Part shown: positions 1 to 10,785 of the stretch, in pieces
How the letters are laid out: every line of letters begins with the position of its first letter
How positions within the stretch are numbered: the first letter of the stretch is position 1
DNA from: Eledone cirrhosa
Taxonomy: Eukaryota
Assembly: GCA_964016885.1 (NCBI GenBank)
Contig: OZ024740.1
Location: 406,534,001 to 406,598,000 of the forward strand
Direction of reading: 5' to 3'
Length of the DNA stretch: 64,000 nt
Notes under the pieces: model-generated
Seen by the model: the letters and a program-made list of their open reading frames with translations, nothing else
The model's database searches: none
What the model was told of the DNA's origin: nothing
Program-made: the position numbers and the translations under genes

Positions 1-3000
1 GGTCTCAAGCCACCTAGGAAGGTATGGGAAGATGAGACCGTGGTGTCAGCAGCAGAGGTCTCAAGCCACCTAGGAAGGTATGGGTAGATGAGACCGTGGT
101 GTCAGCAACAGAGGTCTCAAGCCACCTAGGAAGGTATGGGAAGATGAGACCGTGGTGTCAGCAGCAGAGGTCTCAAACCACATAGGAAGGTATGGGTAGA
201 TGAGACCGTGGTGTCAGCAGCAGAGGTCTCAAGCCACCTAGGAAGGTATGGTTAGATGAGACCGTGGTGTCAGCAACAGAGGTCTCAAGCCACCTAGGAA
301 GGTATGGGTAGATGAGACCGTGGTGTCAGCAACAGAGGTCTCAAGCTACCTAGGAAGGTATGGGTAGATGAGACCGTGGTGTCAGCAACAGAGGTCTCAA
401 GCTACCTAGGAAGGTATGGGTAGATGAGACCGTGGTGTCAGCAACAGAGGTCTCAAGCCACCTAGGAAGGTATGCGTAGATGAGACCGTGGTGTCAGCAA
501 CAGAGGTCTCAAGCTACCTAGGAAGGTATGGGTAGATGAGACCATGGTGTCAGCAACAGAGGTCTCAAGCCACCTAGGAAGGTATGGGTAGATGAGACCA
601 TGGTGTCAGCAACAGAGGTCTCAAGCCACATAGGAAGGTATGGGTAGATGAGACCGTGGTGTCAGCAACAGAGGTCTCAAGCCACCTAGGAAGGTATGGG
701 TAGATGAGACCGTGGTGTTAGTAACAGAGGTCTCAAGCTACCTAGGAAGGTATGGGTAGATGAGACCGTGGTGTCAGCAACAGAGGTCTCAAGCCACCTA
801 GGAAGGTATGCGTAGATGAGACCGTGGTGTCAGCAACAGAGGTCTCAAGCTACCTAGGAAGGTATGGGTAGATGAGACCGTGGTGTCAGCAACAGAGGTC
901 TCAAGCCACCTAGGAAGGTATGGGTAGATGAGACCGTGGTGTTAGTAGCAGAGGTCTCAAGCCACCTAGGAAGGTATGGGTAGATGAGACCGTGGTGTTA
1001 GTAGCAGAGGTCTCAAGCTACCTAGGAAGGTATGGGTAGATGAGACCGTGGTGTCAGCAGCAGAGGTCTCAAGCCACCTAGGAAGGTATGGGTAGATGAG
1101 ACCATGGTGTCAGCAACAGAGGTCTCAAGCCACCTAGGAAGGTATGGGTAGATGAGACCGTGGTGTCATCAACAGAGGTCTCAAGCCACCTAGGAAGGTA
1201 TGGGTAGATGAGACCATGGTGTCAGCAACAGAGGTCTCAAGCCACCTAGGAAGGTATGGGTAGATGAGACCGTGGTGTCAGCAACAGAGGTCTCAAGCCA
1301 CCTAGGAAGGTATGGGAAGATGAGACCATGGTGTCAGCAACAGAGGTCTCAAGCCACCTAGGAAGGTATGGGTAGATGAGACCGTGGTGTCAGTAGCAGA
1401 GGTCTCAAGCCACCTAGGAAGGTATGGGTAGATGAGACCGTGGTGTCAGCAGCAGAGGTCTCAAGCCACCTAGGAAGGTATGGGTAGATGAGACCATGGT
1501 GTCAGCAACAGAGGTCTCAAGCCACCTAGGAAGGTATGGGTAGATGAGACCGTGGTGTCAGCAACAGAGGTCTCAAGCTACCTAGGAAGGTATGGGAAGA
1601 TGAGACCGTGGTGTTAGTAGCAGAGGTCTCAAGCCACCTAGGAAGGTATGGGTAGATGAGACCGTGGTGTCAGCAACAGAGGTCTCAAGCCACCTAGGAA
1701 GGTATGGGAAGATGAGACCATGGTGTCAGCAACAGAGGTCTCAAGCCACCTAGGAAGGTATGGGAAGATGAGACCGTGGTGTCAGCAGCAGAGGTCTCAA
1801 GCCACCTAGGAAGGTATGGGAAGATGAGACCGTGGTGTCAGCAGCAGAGGTCTCAAGCCACCTAGGAAGGTATGGGTAGATGAGACCCTGGTGCCAGCAA
1901 CAGAGGTCTCAAGCCACCTAGGAAGGTATGGGAAGATGAGACCGTGGTGTCAGCAGCAGAGGTCTCAAGCCACCTAGAAGGTATGGGTAGATGAGACCGT
2001 GGTGTCAGCAACAGAGGTCTCAAGCCACCTAGGAAGGTATGGGTAGATGAGACCGTGGTGTCAGCAACAGAGGTCTCAAGCCACCTAGGAAGGTATGGGT
2101 AGATGAGACCGTGGTGTTAGTAGCAGAGGTCTCAAGCTACCTAGGAAGGTATGGGTAGATGAGACCGTGGTGTCAGTAGCAGTGGTCTCAAGCCACCTAG
2201 GAAGGTATGGGTAGATGAGACCATGGTGTCAGCAACAGAGGTCTCAAGCCACCTAGGAAGGTATGGGTAGATGAGACCGTGGTGTCAGCAGCAGAGGTCT
2301 CAAGCCACCTAGGAAGGTATGGGAAGATGAGACCGTTGTGTCAGCAACAGAGGTCTCAAGCCACCTAGGAAGGTATGGGAAGATGAGACCATGGTGTCAG
2401 CAACAGAGGTCTCAAGCCACCTAGGAAGGTATGGGTAGATGAGACCGTGGTGTCAGTAGCAGAGGTCTCAAGCCACCTAGGAAGGTATGCGTAGATGAGA
2501 CCGTGGTGTCAGCAACAGAGGTCTCAAGCCACCTAGGAAGGTATGGGAAGATGAGACCATGGTGTCAGCAACAGAGGTCTCAAGCCACCTAGGAAGGTAT
2601 GCGTAGATGAGACCGTGGTGTCAGCAACAGAGGTCTCAAGCCACCTAGGAAGGTATGGGAAGATGAGACCATGGTGTCAGCAACAGAGGTCTCAAGCCAC
2701 CTAGGAAGGTATGGGTAGATGAGACCATGGTGTCAGCAACAGAGGTCTCAAGCCACCTAGGAAGGTATGGGAAGATGAGACCGTGGTGTCAGCAACAGAG
2801 GTCTCAAGCCACCTAGGAAGGTATGGGAAGATGAGACCATGGTGTCAGCAACAGAGGTCTCAAGCCACCTAGGAAGGTATGGGTAGATGAGACCATGGTG
2901 TCAGCAACAGAGGTCTCAAGCCACCTAGGAAGGTATGGGTAGATGAGACCGTGGTGTCAGCAACAGAGGTCTCAAGCCACCTAGGAAGGTATGGGTAGAT

Positions 3001-4446
3001 GAGACCATGGTGTCAGCAACAGAGGTCTCAAGCCACCTAGGAAGGTATGGGTAGATGAGACCGTGGTGTCAGCAGCAGAGGTCTCAAGCCACCTAGGAAG
3101 GTATGGGTAGATGAGACCATGGTGTCAGCAACAGAGGTCTCAAGCCACCTAGGAAGGTATGGGTAGATGAGACCGTGGTGTCAGCAACAGAGGTCTCAAG
3201 CCACCTAGGAAGGTATGGGAAGATGAGACCATGGTGTCAGCAACAGAGGTCTCAAGCCACCTAGGAAGGTATGGGTAGATGAGACCGTGGTGTCAGCAAC
3301 AGAGGTCTCAAGCCACCTAGGAAGGTATGGGTAGATGAGACCGTGGTGTTAGTAGCAGAGGTCTCAAGCCACCTAGGAAGGTATGGGTAGATGAGACCAT
3401 GGTGTCAGCAACAGAGGTCTCAAGCCACCTAGGAAGGTATGGGTAGATGAGACCGTGGTGTCAGCAACAGAGGTCTCAAGCCACCTAGGAAGGTATGGGA
3501 AGATGAGACCATGGTGTCAGCAACAGAGGTCTCAAGCCACCTAGGAAGGTATGGGTAGATGAGACCGTGGTGTCAGCAACAGAGGTCTCAAGCCACCTAG
3601 GAAGGTATGGGAAGATGAGACCGTGGTGTTAGTAGCAGAGGTCTCAAGCCACCTAGGAAGGTATGGGTAGATGAGACCGTGGTGTCAGCAACAGAGGTCT
3701 CAAGCCACCTAGGAAGGTATGGGTAGATGAGACCATGGTGTCAGCAACAGAGGTCTCAAGCCACCTAGGAAGGTATGGGTAGATGAGACCGTGGTGTCAG
3801 CAGCAGAGGTCTCAAGCCACCTAGGAAGGTATGGGAAGATGAGACCGTGGTGTCAGTAGCAGAGGTCTCAAGCCACCTAGGAAGGTATGGGTAGATGAGA
3901 CCGTGGTGTCAGCAGCAGAGGTCTCAAGCCACCTAGGAAGGTATGGGTAGATGAGACCGTGGTGTCAGCAGCAGAGGTCTCAAGCCACCTAGGAAGGTAT
4001 GGGTAGATGAGACCGTGGTGTCAGCAACAGAGGTCTCAAGCCACCTAGGAAGGTATGGGAAGATGAGACCATGGTGTCAGCAACAGAGGTCTCAAGCCAC
4101 CTAGGAAGGTATGGGTAGATGAGACCGTGGTGTCAGCAACAGAGGTCTCAAGCCACCTAGGAAGGTATGGGAAGATGAGACCATGGTGTCAGCAACAGAG
4201 GTCTCAAGCCACCTAGGAAGGTATGGGTAGATGAGACCGTGGTGTCAGCAGCAGAGGTCTCAAGCCACCTAGGAAGGTATGGGAAGATGAGACCGTGGTG
4301 TCTGTAGCAGAGGTCTCAAGCCACCTAGGAAGGTATGGGAAGATGAGACCATGGTGTCAGCAACAGAGGTCTCAAGCCACCTAGGAAGGTATGGGTAGAT
4401 GAGACCGTGGTGTTAGTAGCAGAGGTCTCAAGCCACCTAGGAAGGT
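1..4446 (+). repeat. 56-bp tandem satellite (~79 copies, runs off window start); monomer GGTCTCAAGCCACCTAGGAAGGTATGGGTAGATGAGACCGTGGTGTCAGCAACAGA
   Basis: Monomer read directly. Phase recurs at 1, 841 and 1681 (15x56 apart). There is a single 1-bp deletion near 1977 and a few recurrent SNP variants. Confidence 0.98.
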
Positions 4447-5350
4447 TCAGTTTAATCATAAAACTGCCAGAGGCAATGGAAGAGGGAGCTGTATTGGGAC
4501 TCAGGCAGCAAAGGGACAAGATGGTATTTTGGAGGGGAAATGAAGTCCCAGAACTGGACACCAGCAAATTGGTGCGGCACTATCCAATTGTGGGGGTCGC
4601 TCTGAACAGCATGCAGCTATGTCTAGAGACAGGCAGATGGGGTCAGCTGGAAGACAGAGTGGGAGAAAGGACAATGGCCATGCTGTAGGAGATCGTGGAG
4701 AGAGTAAAGATGGAGGACCCAGTAAGAGGAAGCTGGTACCTACCCAAATCGGATAATGGGACCGTATGGTTTGATACTAGCAGCATGGCGCTAGAAGTCG
4801 TCTGGAAATAAGAGGTGTTGAGGTCGAAGATGCAGCTTGGCTCAAGAAAGAAGACTGCAACCGCATCAACATGGCCGAATTGGGCGCCGTGTTGAAGAGA
4901 GTGAATCACGCCCTGGAATGGAGGATGAGCACCAGAGAGATTCGTACTTATTCAGCCACTGTACTCGGATGGGTGAGATCAGTGCTTACCAGTGAGAGGA
5001 GGGTGCGAACGAGAGGGGCGGCGGCAGAAATGCTAATAAAGCGCCTCCTAGGAACTCTGGGAGAGTTGGCTGTTGGGTTCGGCCTGAAGTTGAGTGTGGT
5101 CTTTGTGCCCCCGTAGTAAAAGAGGGCAGACATCCTAATCAGGGTGAAGAAAGCCTGGCTAGAAGAGCCGGATGATGCGGAAAGGAGATAGCTACAGTGA
5201 CTTAGAGTTGAGGAGGTTACATGCCATGCATTATATGGGAAGTGGATAGGACCCTGTTCCTATCCAGGAAAGTCGACTCCAACGTTACCAGACAGAGTGT
5301 CCAGAAAGTGGTCGGGAGTTGCGACAGATGTCAGTCTATCAACCCTGCCC
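4395..5350 (+). pseudogene. pol: Gypsy/Ty3 LTR-retrotransposon pol remnant: RT C-terminus, RNase H, integrase HHCC zinc finger; frameshifted and truncated
   Basis: Translation across frames: VDETVVLVAEVSSHLGRF..KLPE..GAVLGL; HYPIVG; EDPVRGSW..VWFDTSSMAL; EDAAWLKK..INMAELGAVLKRVNHALEW (RNase H); LHAMHYMG..DRTLFL..SCDRCQSINPA (HHCC). Confidence 0.85.
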
Positions 5351-6466
5351 TTAATTAATTGTTTTCCTTTGCCCTGTATTTGATTGTGTGTGTGAAGCGA
5401 ATTTGGGGTTGTTGTGGAGGAGGATGATAAACACGACAAATACCAATAATTTTGGATATATAACTTTTCACTTCAGCAAAATAGGAAAAAAGATATGATT
5501 ACTTCGAATCGTAAATATAAAGTTTGATTGTAGTATTCACAAATGAATTTAGTGTTCACAAATGAAATATAGTCGTCTGTGTTGTGCTGGAGAATCTTTG
5601 TTTAATATGCTATGTTTGATTAAAAAGTGAGAAGTTGTAATCAAAGAGTATTACAGTAGTAAGCTCGCAGTGGCAAGGAAGCTGAGTTGCCTCTATGAAG
5701 AGGCTCTTTGTGGTTGAAGTTCCGATGGAAGAATTGCATGTTGACAGAGCCGGAGTTTTTTGCTAAGTGCCACATCTTACTACCTGTTTGAACAGGTCGA
5801 AGTGATGCTTCTCTTCCGGGTAACCAGAGTCGGAACTTACTTCATTTAACCTCAAGTTAGCTAGCCTCTCCAGACCACTGACGCAAACCAAGATAAAGAG
5901 AAATAGCAGCTAAATGTCATTCGGGGGTCAGTATGTGAGAAGAGATTTCGCTACATGTGTGCTTAATCTAAAGAAACCTCTATTTGTTTATCGATAATAT
6001 CTTGTGCAGACTGTACTCGAGGAGTGACGTGTCCAACTCACTACCACATTGTTTTTTAAAAAGGGTGGAAATGTTATGTAAATGAAAATCATGATTTACG
6101 AAGCCTGTAATAGTTTCTGTTGTCATAAGAAAGCTATGTTTATTCCAGATAACTTTTCACGTTTGGTTAGTTAAGATGCGGGATGAGGTGTAACCACAGC
6201 AACACAGACTGCTAATACTGATTACAAAGTATGATTAGGAATATCCCCCTCCCATCTGCATTTTTTAAACTCTAAAAATAGATCCAATAGTAATAAAATG
6301 ACTACGTCGAGACAATTGTTATGAATTGCTGACAGGCTTTTCCATATCCTGCTGCAGAGAGAATTTCCAATCGATATGTGATCAGCAAAGAAAAACAAAT
6401 AAAACAAGATTACAGTTTACCTTTATGGGACACACTTTGGTTTATTATTAAATACTCTAGGTTAGA

Positions 6467-6690
6467 GGGGCGGTGGATTGGTGGAGTTGTTAGTGCGTAG
6501 GACAAATGCTTAGCAGTATTTGTGCCGGCTCTTTAAGTTCTGAGTTCAAATCCCGCTGAAGTCAACTTTGCCTCACCTCCTTCAGATATCGATAAATTAA
6601 AGTACTAATCAAGTACTGGGATGGTATAATAGACTCCCCCCCCCCCCCACTCAAAATTGCTGGCCTTGTGCTTAAATTAGAAACCATTGT
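6467..6690 (+). mobile_element. tRNA-derived SINE (cephalopod-type; central domain resembles MetaSINE)
   Basis: Has a GGCGG head, B-box GAGTTCAAATCC and core GTCAACTTTGCC..CGATAAATTAAAGTAC, followed by the tail TTGCTGGCCTTGTG. Further copies occur in the window. Confidence 0.8.
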
Positions 6691-6764
6691 TAAATAAATT
6701 ACTGAACCGGTACCGCCAATAATGACGACAATGTTTGGATTTCAGGATTGGTATGCCAGGATTG

Positions 6765-7105
6765 TAGGCGGCAAATTGGCAGAGACGTTAGAACGTCGGA
6801 TAGAATGTCTTATGGTATTTGTTCGGTTTTCTGCTCTCTGAGTTCAAATCCAACCGAAGTCAACTTTGCCTTTCATCTTTCAAGGTCAATAAAAAAGTAC
6901 CAGTCTAGTACTGGAATCGATTCTTCCTCTATACCTCTTTCTCATTTCCTCTCTCTCACTTTCTATCTTTCTCTGAAAGAAATCTGCTATACTCGGGCCT
7001 AGAGAGGGATGGACTCCGTTAGTCTTAGAAAAAATGTTCAAGAAACGCAGTATATTAATACGACGCCCCTACGACTCTCTCAGGAGTTACGGAACCATAC
7101 ATGCC
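6765..7105 (+). mobile_element. SINE copy with extended 3' region (homologous to 24915-25225)
   Basis: B-box GAGTTCAAATCC and core GTCAACTTTGCCTTTCATC, then CTCTGAAAGAAAT..CAGGAGTTAC shared with the 25.1-kb copy. Confidence 0.7.
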
Positions 7106-7123
7106 AGGATTGCGGGATATATG

Positions 7124-7466
7124 TGTAGCGGTTGTCTCCCTTGTTTGGATCTAGACGGGAAGTAGAACCCTTTCTGCAACTTCCGGTCAGAACCCTATAA
7201 AACTAACAACTTTAAGTTCTCATTCTCTCATTGCCTTTTCGGCACCAGGCCAAGAGCCTCTCATTTGGCCTGGCTGGCCTTAGCCAGGCGTCCTCTGCCA
7301 GCCGCGTTTGCCTGGCAATCAAAACGGTAACGACTAACTTTGTTTCATTCTATCATCTATTACTTTGACATGTCAACTATACTATCTACTATTGTTAATT
7401 AAATATTATACACACAAACAATGTATTCCTTGTTACATTCATTGCAACCCTATTACTCTCGCTATA
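7124..7466 (+). repeat. 5' LTR (343 bp)
   Basis: Near-identical to 8796-9137. Contains TATAAAA at ~7196. Confidence 0.93.
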
Positions 7467-7467
7467 T

Positions 7468-7499
7468 TGGTGACCCTGACGTGATACGAACACGCAGCC
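7468..7499 (+). promoter_or_regulatory. Primer-binding site complementary to the tRNA-Trp 3' end, extended to 32 nt
   Basis: TGGTGACCCTGACGTGATACGAACACGCAGCC versus the reverse complement of recalled metazoan tRNA-Trp, TGGTGACCCCGACGTGATTCGAACACGCAGCC. Confidence 0.9.
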
Positions 7500-8783
7500 G
7501 TTCATCGCTATAAGTGGTCACCCCCCAAAAAAGGAAAAAATAGCACATCTGGTTTTGTGTGAGTAACATTACGAATACACAGCAAATTTATCGACAAACT
7601 ATGAAAATACTCAAGGACACGCACATGTGGAATTCGCACAGACAGACTTTTTCTCTCACGCATCAACTAACTGTCGCATTTCACCAATATATATATATGT
7701 TTCTCGTTTCTTACAACGAACTCTTTCAAAACAAAACAAAAAAAAGAAATTTGATATTCTTTAAAAAACATTTCAACAGGAACATTTATTTTCGATGAAC
7801 CATTGCCTTTTTGTTCATTGTTTTCTTCATCGTTCAAGTTTTTTTTTTTTTTTTTTTTTTTCCAAAGTTCACACCAAAGTTCACACCAATAATGCTGAGT
7901 GAAGCCTTTCTTTTTCATCATTGTCACTTTCAAAATTGCACTATCATTTTCTCGCGCGTTAGAAATATTATTTTTTTCAACCTTGTATTGGCACGTGTAG
8001 GCAGCACAAATTCTCGACTCACAGAGATGTCTCTACTCACAGACATAGCCGCACGCCAGAGATAACATTTCTCGCCAAGGATTCTTCAGCCTTAAGCTAT
8101 ATTCTTCTATTTGCCGGTTTATAAATTTACAATGTAAATTTACCGTTGATAACCGCGCATTTATTAAGAATGCTTATTTCTCTGGTCGCTGGCCTCTTGA
8201 CCCTTCCAGGTCAACGCATTCTCAACATCGACCATCAACTTCGGCTGCTATTTCTAGCACTTGGCGCAACTCATTTTTTCTAAAAATTTTTTTTTTTTTT
8301 TACTGTGAATTTAAACACCGAATACGCTCACTCAGCGAGACAACAGCAGCAGCAACAGCAACAGCAGCAGCAATACATCAACACAGCTTCACCAACAACC
8401 AAAGCCAGAGAATTTATTTTTGCAGCACTCTTCCTGTGAGAAAATCCATTCGGAGGTTGGAAATTTCACGATATACCACAGAACAGAGACCACCTGCATT
8501 CATTCTCTGGAACACACTTTCTTTCCTGCTGTCATGTGATTGCACACCTGTGAACTATATTTTGTACATTTGAACTTTGAGCTCTTCTCTTACTTTATTA
8601 CATTGCATCTTTGGGTGATGGATAGATAGATGTCCAGTCGTTCTCTGGCCAAGAGCGGTTGGCTACCTTGATATCTATCATTGGTTTTTGCAAACATTCT
8701 TTTGTCGTAATTTTCATGCCTGTTACAACATTCTCGCCAACTTGCTACATATTTTCATTTCGATTTTTATACACTAAAATTCT

Positions 8784-8792
8784 GGCGGGAGG
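8784..8792 (+). promoter_or_regulatory. Polypurine tract
   Basis: GGCGGGAGG, 3 nt upstream of the 3' LTR. Confidence 0.7.
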
Positions 8793-8795
8793 TTA

Positions 8796-9137
8796 TGTAG
8801 CGGTTGTCTCCCTTGTTTGGATCTAGACGGGAAGTAGAACCCTTTCTGCAACTTTCGGTCAGAACCCTATAAAACTAACAACTTTAAGTTCTCATTCTCT
8901 CATTGCCTTTTCGGCACCAGGCCAAGAGCCTCTCATTTGGCCTGGCTGGCCTTAGCCAGGCGTCCTCTGCCAGCCGCGTTTGCCTGGCAATCAAAACGGT
9001 AACGACTAACTTTGTTTCATTCTATCATCTATTACTTTGACATGTCAACTATACTATCTACCATTGTTAATTAAATATTATACACACAAACAATGTATTC
9101 CTTGTTACATTCATTACATCCCAGTATCTTCGCTATA
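8796..9137 (+). repeat. 3' LTR (342 bp)
   Basis: Near-identical to 7124-7466. Confidence 0.93.
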
Positions 9138-9928
9138 TATGAATAATTATACAAACTGGGAAATTTACGTTTTGATAGAATTTGTGGCTTGTATAAGAGA
9201 AATATTATAGTTTATATCTGAAGTGATTAATGATAAAAATATTCTAATTATTTATTGCTAGGATATAATTAAATAAATATTTAGCATGTATGTAAAAATG
9301 ACATACAGGATAAAATGTATGCATAACTTTGGAGAAACAACCTTTTATAGTGATAAATGTAGGGTTAGAACCCAGGACCTTGTATGTGGACTTGTTATTG
9401 TAGCAACATGACTGAGGAAATACATTGTCTATATGTTTGTGCGTGTAAATTGTATAGATTTCCAAGCGCGCGCGCACACATATATATATATTTATTGTAA
9501 TTTACCTATGGGTTAAATTTCATATAAATCAAAGGGAAAACATTTTCAGCGAGGGTTTGTGTCTCGTTGATTAAAATGAAATATACTTATCCAAGTACCC
9601 TGGGCAATTTAGTTTCAGAATATATATGGTTATGGGGGTCTATCTCCAAAACCATAGGAGGAGTTTGTGAACAAACAAACAAACAGGCAGGAATACAACT
9701 TTATATATATAGATTATATATGTGTGTGTGTGTTGTGTGTGTGTGTGTGTGGGGGGGGGGGTTATTGTATAAACACAGGTGACGTATTGTTAAAATTGAT
9801 TTAATAATGTTAAATGTGAACACATTCTATATATATATAGAGATATATATATATGTATATATATATAGAATATGTTCACATTATTCTATACTCTGTTTTC
9901 AAATCCATATTACTAATTCATAAATAAA

Positions 9929-9992
9929 TTTTCTTGTGATGAATGAAGACAGACATAAATATCTGTCTTCAAGAAACCACTGGTAAATGAAA
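9929..9992 (+). ncRNA. Degenerate type I hammerhead ribozyme motif (core C3 mutated to G)
   Basis: gTGATGA, 10-bp stem II TGAAGACAGA/TCTGTCTTCA, GAAA, CCACTGG, TA. Stem I is weak. Confidence 0.55.
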
Positions 9993-10017
9993 TAATTATC
10001 TTATGTTGTTTATTACA

Positions 10018-10064
<47 letters not shown>

Positions 10065-10116
10065 CAGAATTAGCCGTCGAAACGGCTTGAGCTCAGCTGT
10101 CGGGGTCTTACTGGTT

Positions 10117-10155
<39 letters not shown>

Positions 10156-10264
10156 AATTAGTATATTTATTAACATATATATACAGATGCATACCTATGC
10201 CAGCAAATATATAGGTTTTGTCTTAGTAACTTTGTGGTTCAATGCATGGGGATGCAGAACAATA

Positions 10265-10740
10265 ATATGAGAGACGTAAAATAAGAAAATTATAAAAATT
10301 AACTTACTTACTAAAATTTCACTCCAACTAATTATCTCCAAATTATTTTGTCGAGCCAAAATTGGCCAAAACTGCTACTATAGTTCATAGTAACAGTCCG
10401 GCTGCTGTCTTCTTAACGAACCACTCTTCACTGATTGACCTCGATGTCACGTGATTGATTCTTTTGAATTTGCCACCGACGCAGTAGGCAGTGATTTTTT
10501 CAATGGCTTGGAACTTAGTCCACGCTTTGCTTTTTTCCATCCACTGAATTATTTTTGTATAAGTTCCCTGTGTCCACGTATTGCCTGGAAGCTTAGCTGA
10601 GAATAGACTTCCCTGATGACGAAAGGCTTCTCTGTACGTTTCTTCGGAAAGTACGTTTATTCCCTTTCAGAAACTAATTAGTTGGAGTGAAATTTTAGTA
10701 AGTAAGTTAATTTTTATAATTTTCTTATTTTACGTCTCTC

Positions 10741-10744
<4 letters not shown>
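10265..10744 (+). mobile_element. Penelope-like pLTR fragment with 70-bp terminal inverted repeat
   Basis: 10265-10334 is the exact reverse complement of 10675-10744. It contains a hammerhead and ends in (TA)n. Confidence 0.75.
10607..10688 (+). ncRNA. Type I hammerhead ribozyme
   Basis: ACTTCC, CTGATGA (10613), stem II GAAAGG/CCTTTC with an inner cUUCGg hairpin, GAAA (10670), palindromic CTAATTAG, GUU cleavage triplet, GGAGT. Confidence 0.8.
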
Positions 10745-10772
<28 letters not shown>

Positions 10773-10785
10773 AGACCACAACATC

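Larger units (their letters stand above)
7124..9137 (+). mobile_element. Non-autonomous LTR retrotransposon (Gypsy-related, TRIM/LARD-like), 2.0 kb, 4-bp TSD TATG
   Basis: Direct repeats at 7124-7466 and 8796-9137 with termini TGTAGCG..CGCTATA. TATG lies at 7120-7123 and 9138-9141. PBS follows the 5' LTR and a purine tract precedes the 3' LTR. No long internal ORF. Confidence 0.93.

Noticed and set aside
1-4446. CRISPR-like array, or a synthetic Golden Gate construct (paired BsaI sites GGTCTC/GAGACC in every unit)
   Set aside because: There are no unique spacers and no cas genes. The monomer is explained as Gypsy RT sequence with natural SNP variants.
1-4446. Hammerhead-containing satellite (as in newt or schistosome)
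   Set aside because: No CUGANGA plus GAAA core on either strand of the monomer.
5400-6420. Possible host exon(s)
   Set aside because: No recognisable protein motif or convincing splice structure. It cannot be excluded without RNA-seq.
7468-7499. tRNA-Trp gene on the minus strand
   Set aside because: Only the 3' 32 nt are present, they include the post-transcriptional CCA, and they abut an LTR. This is a PBS.
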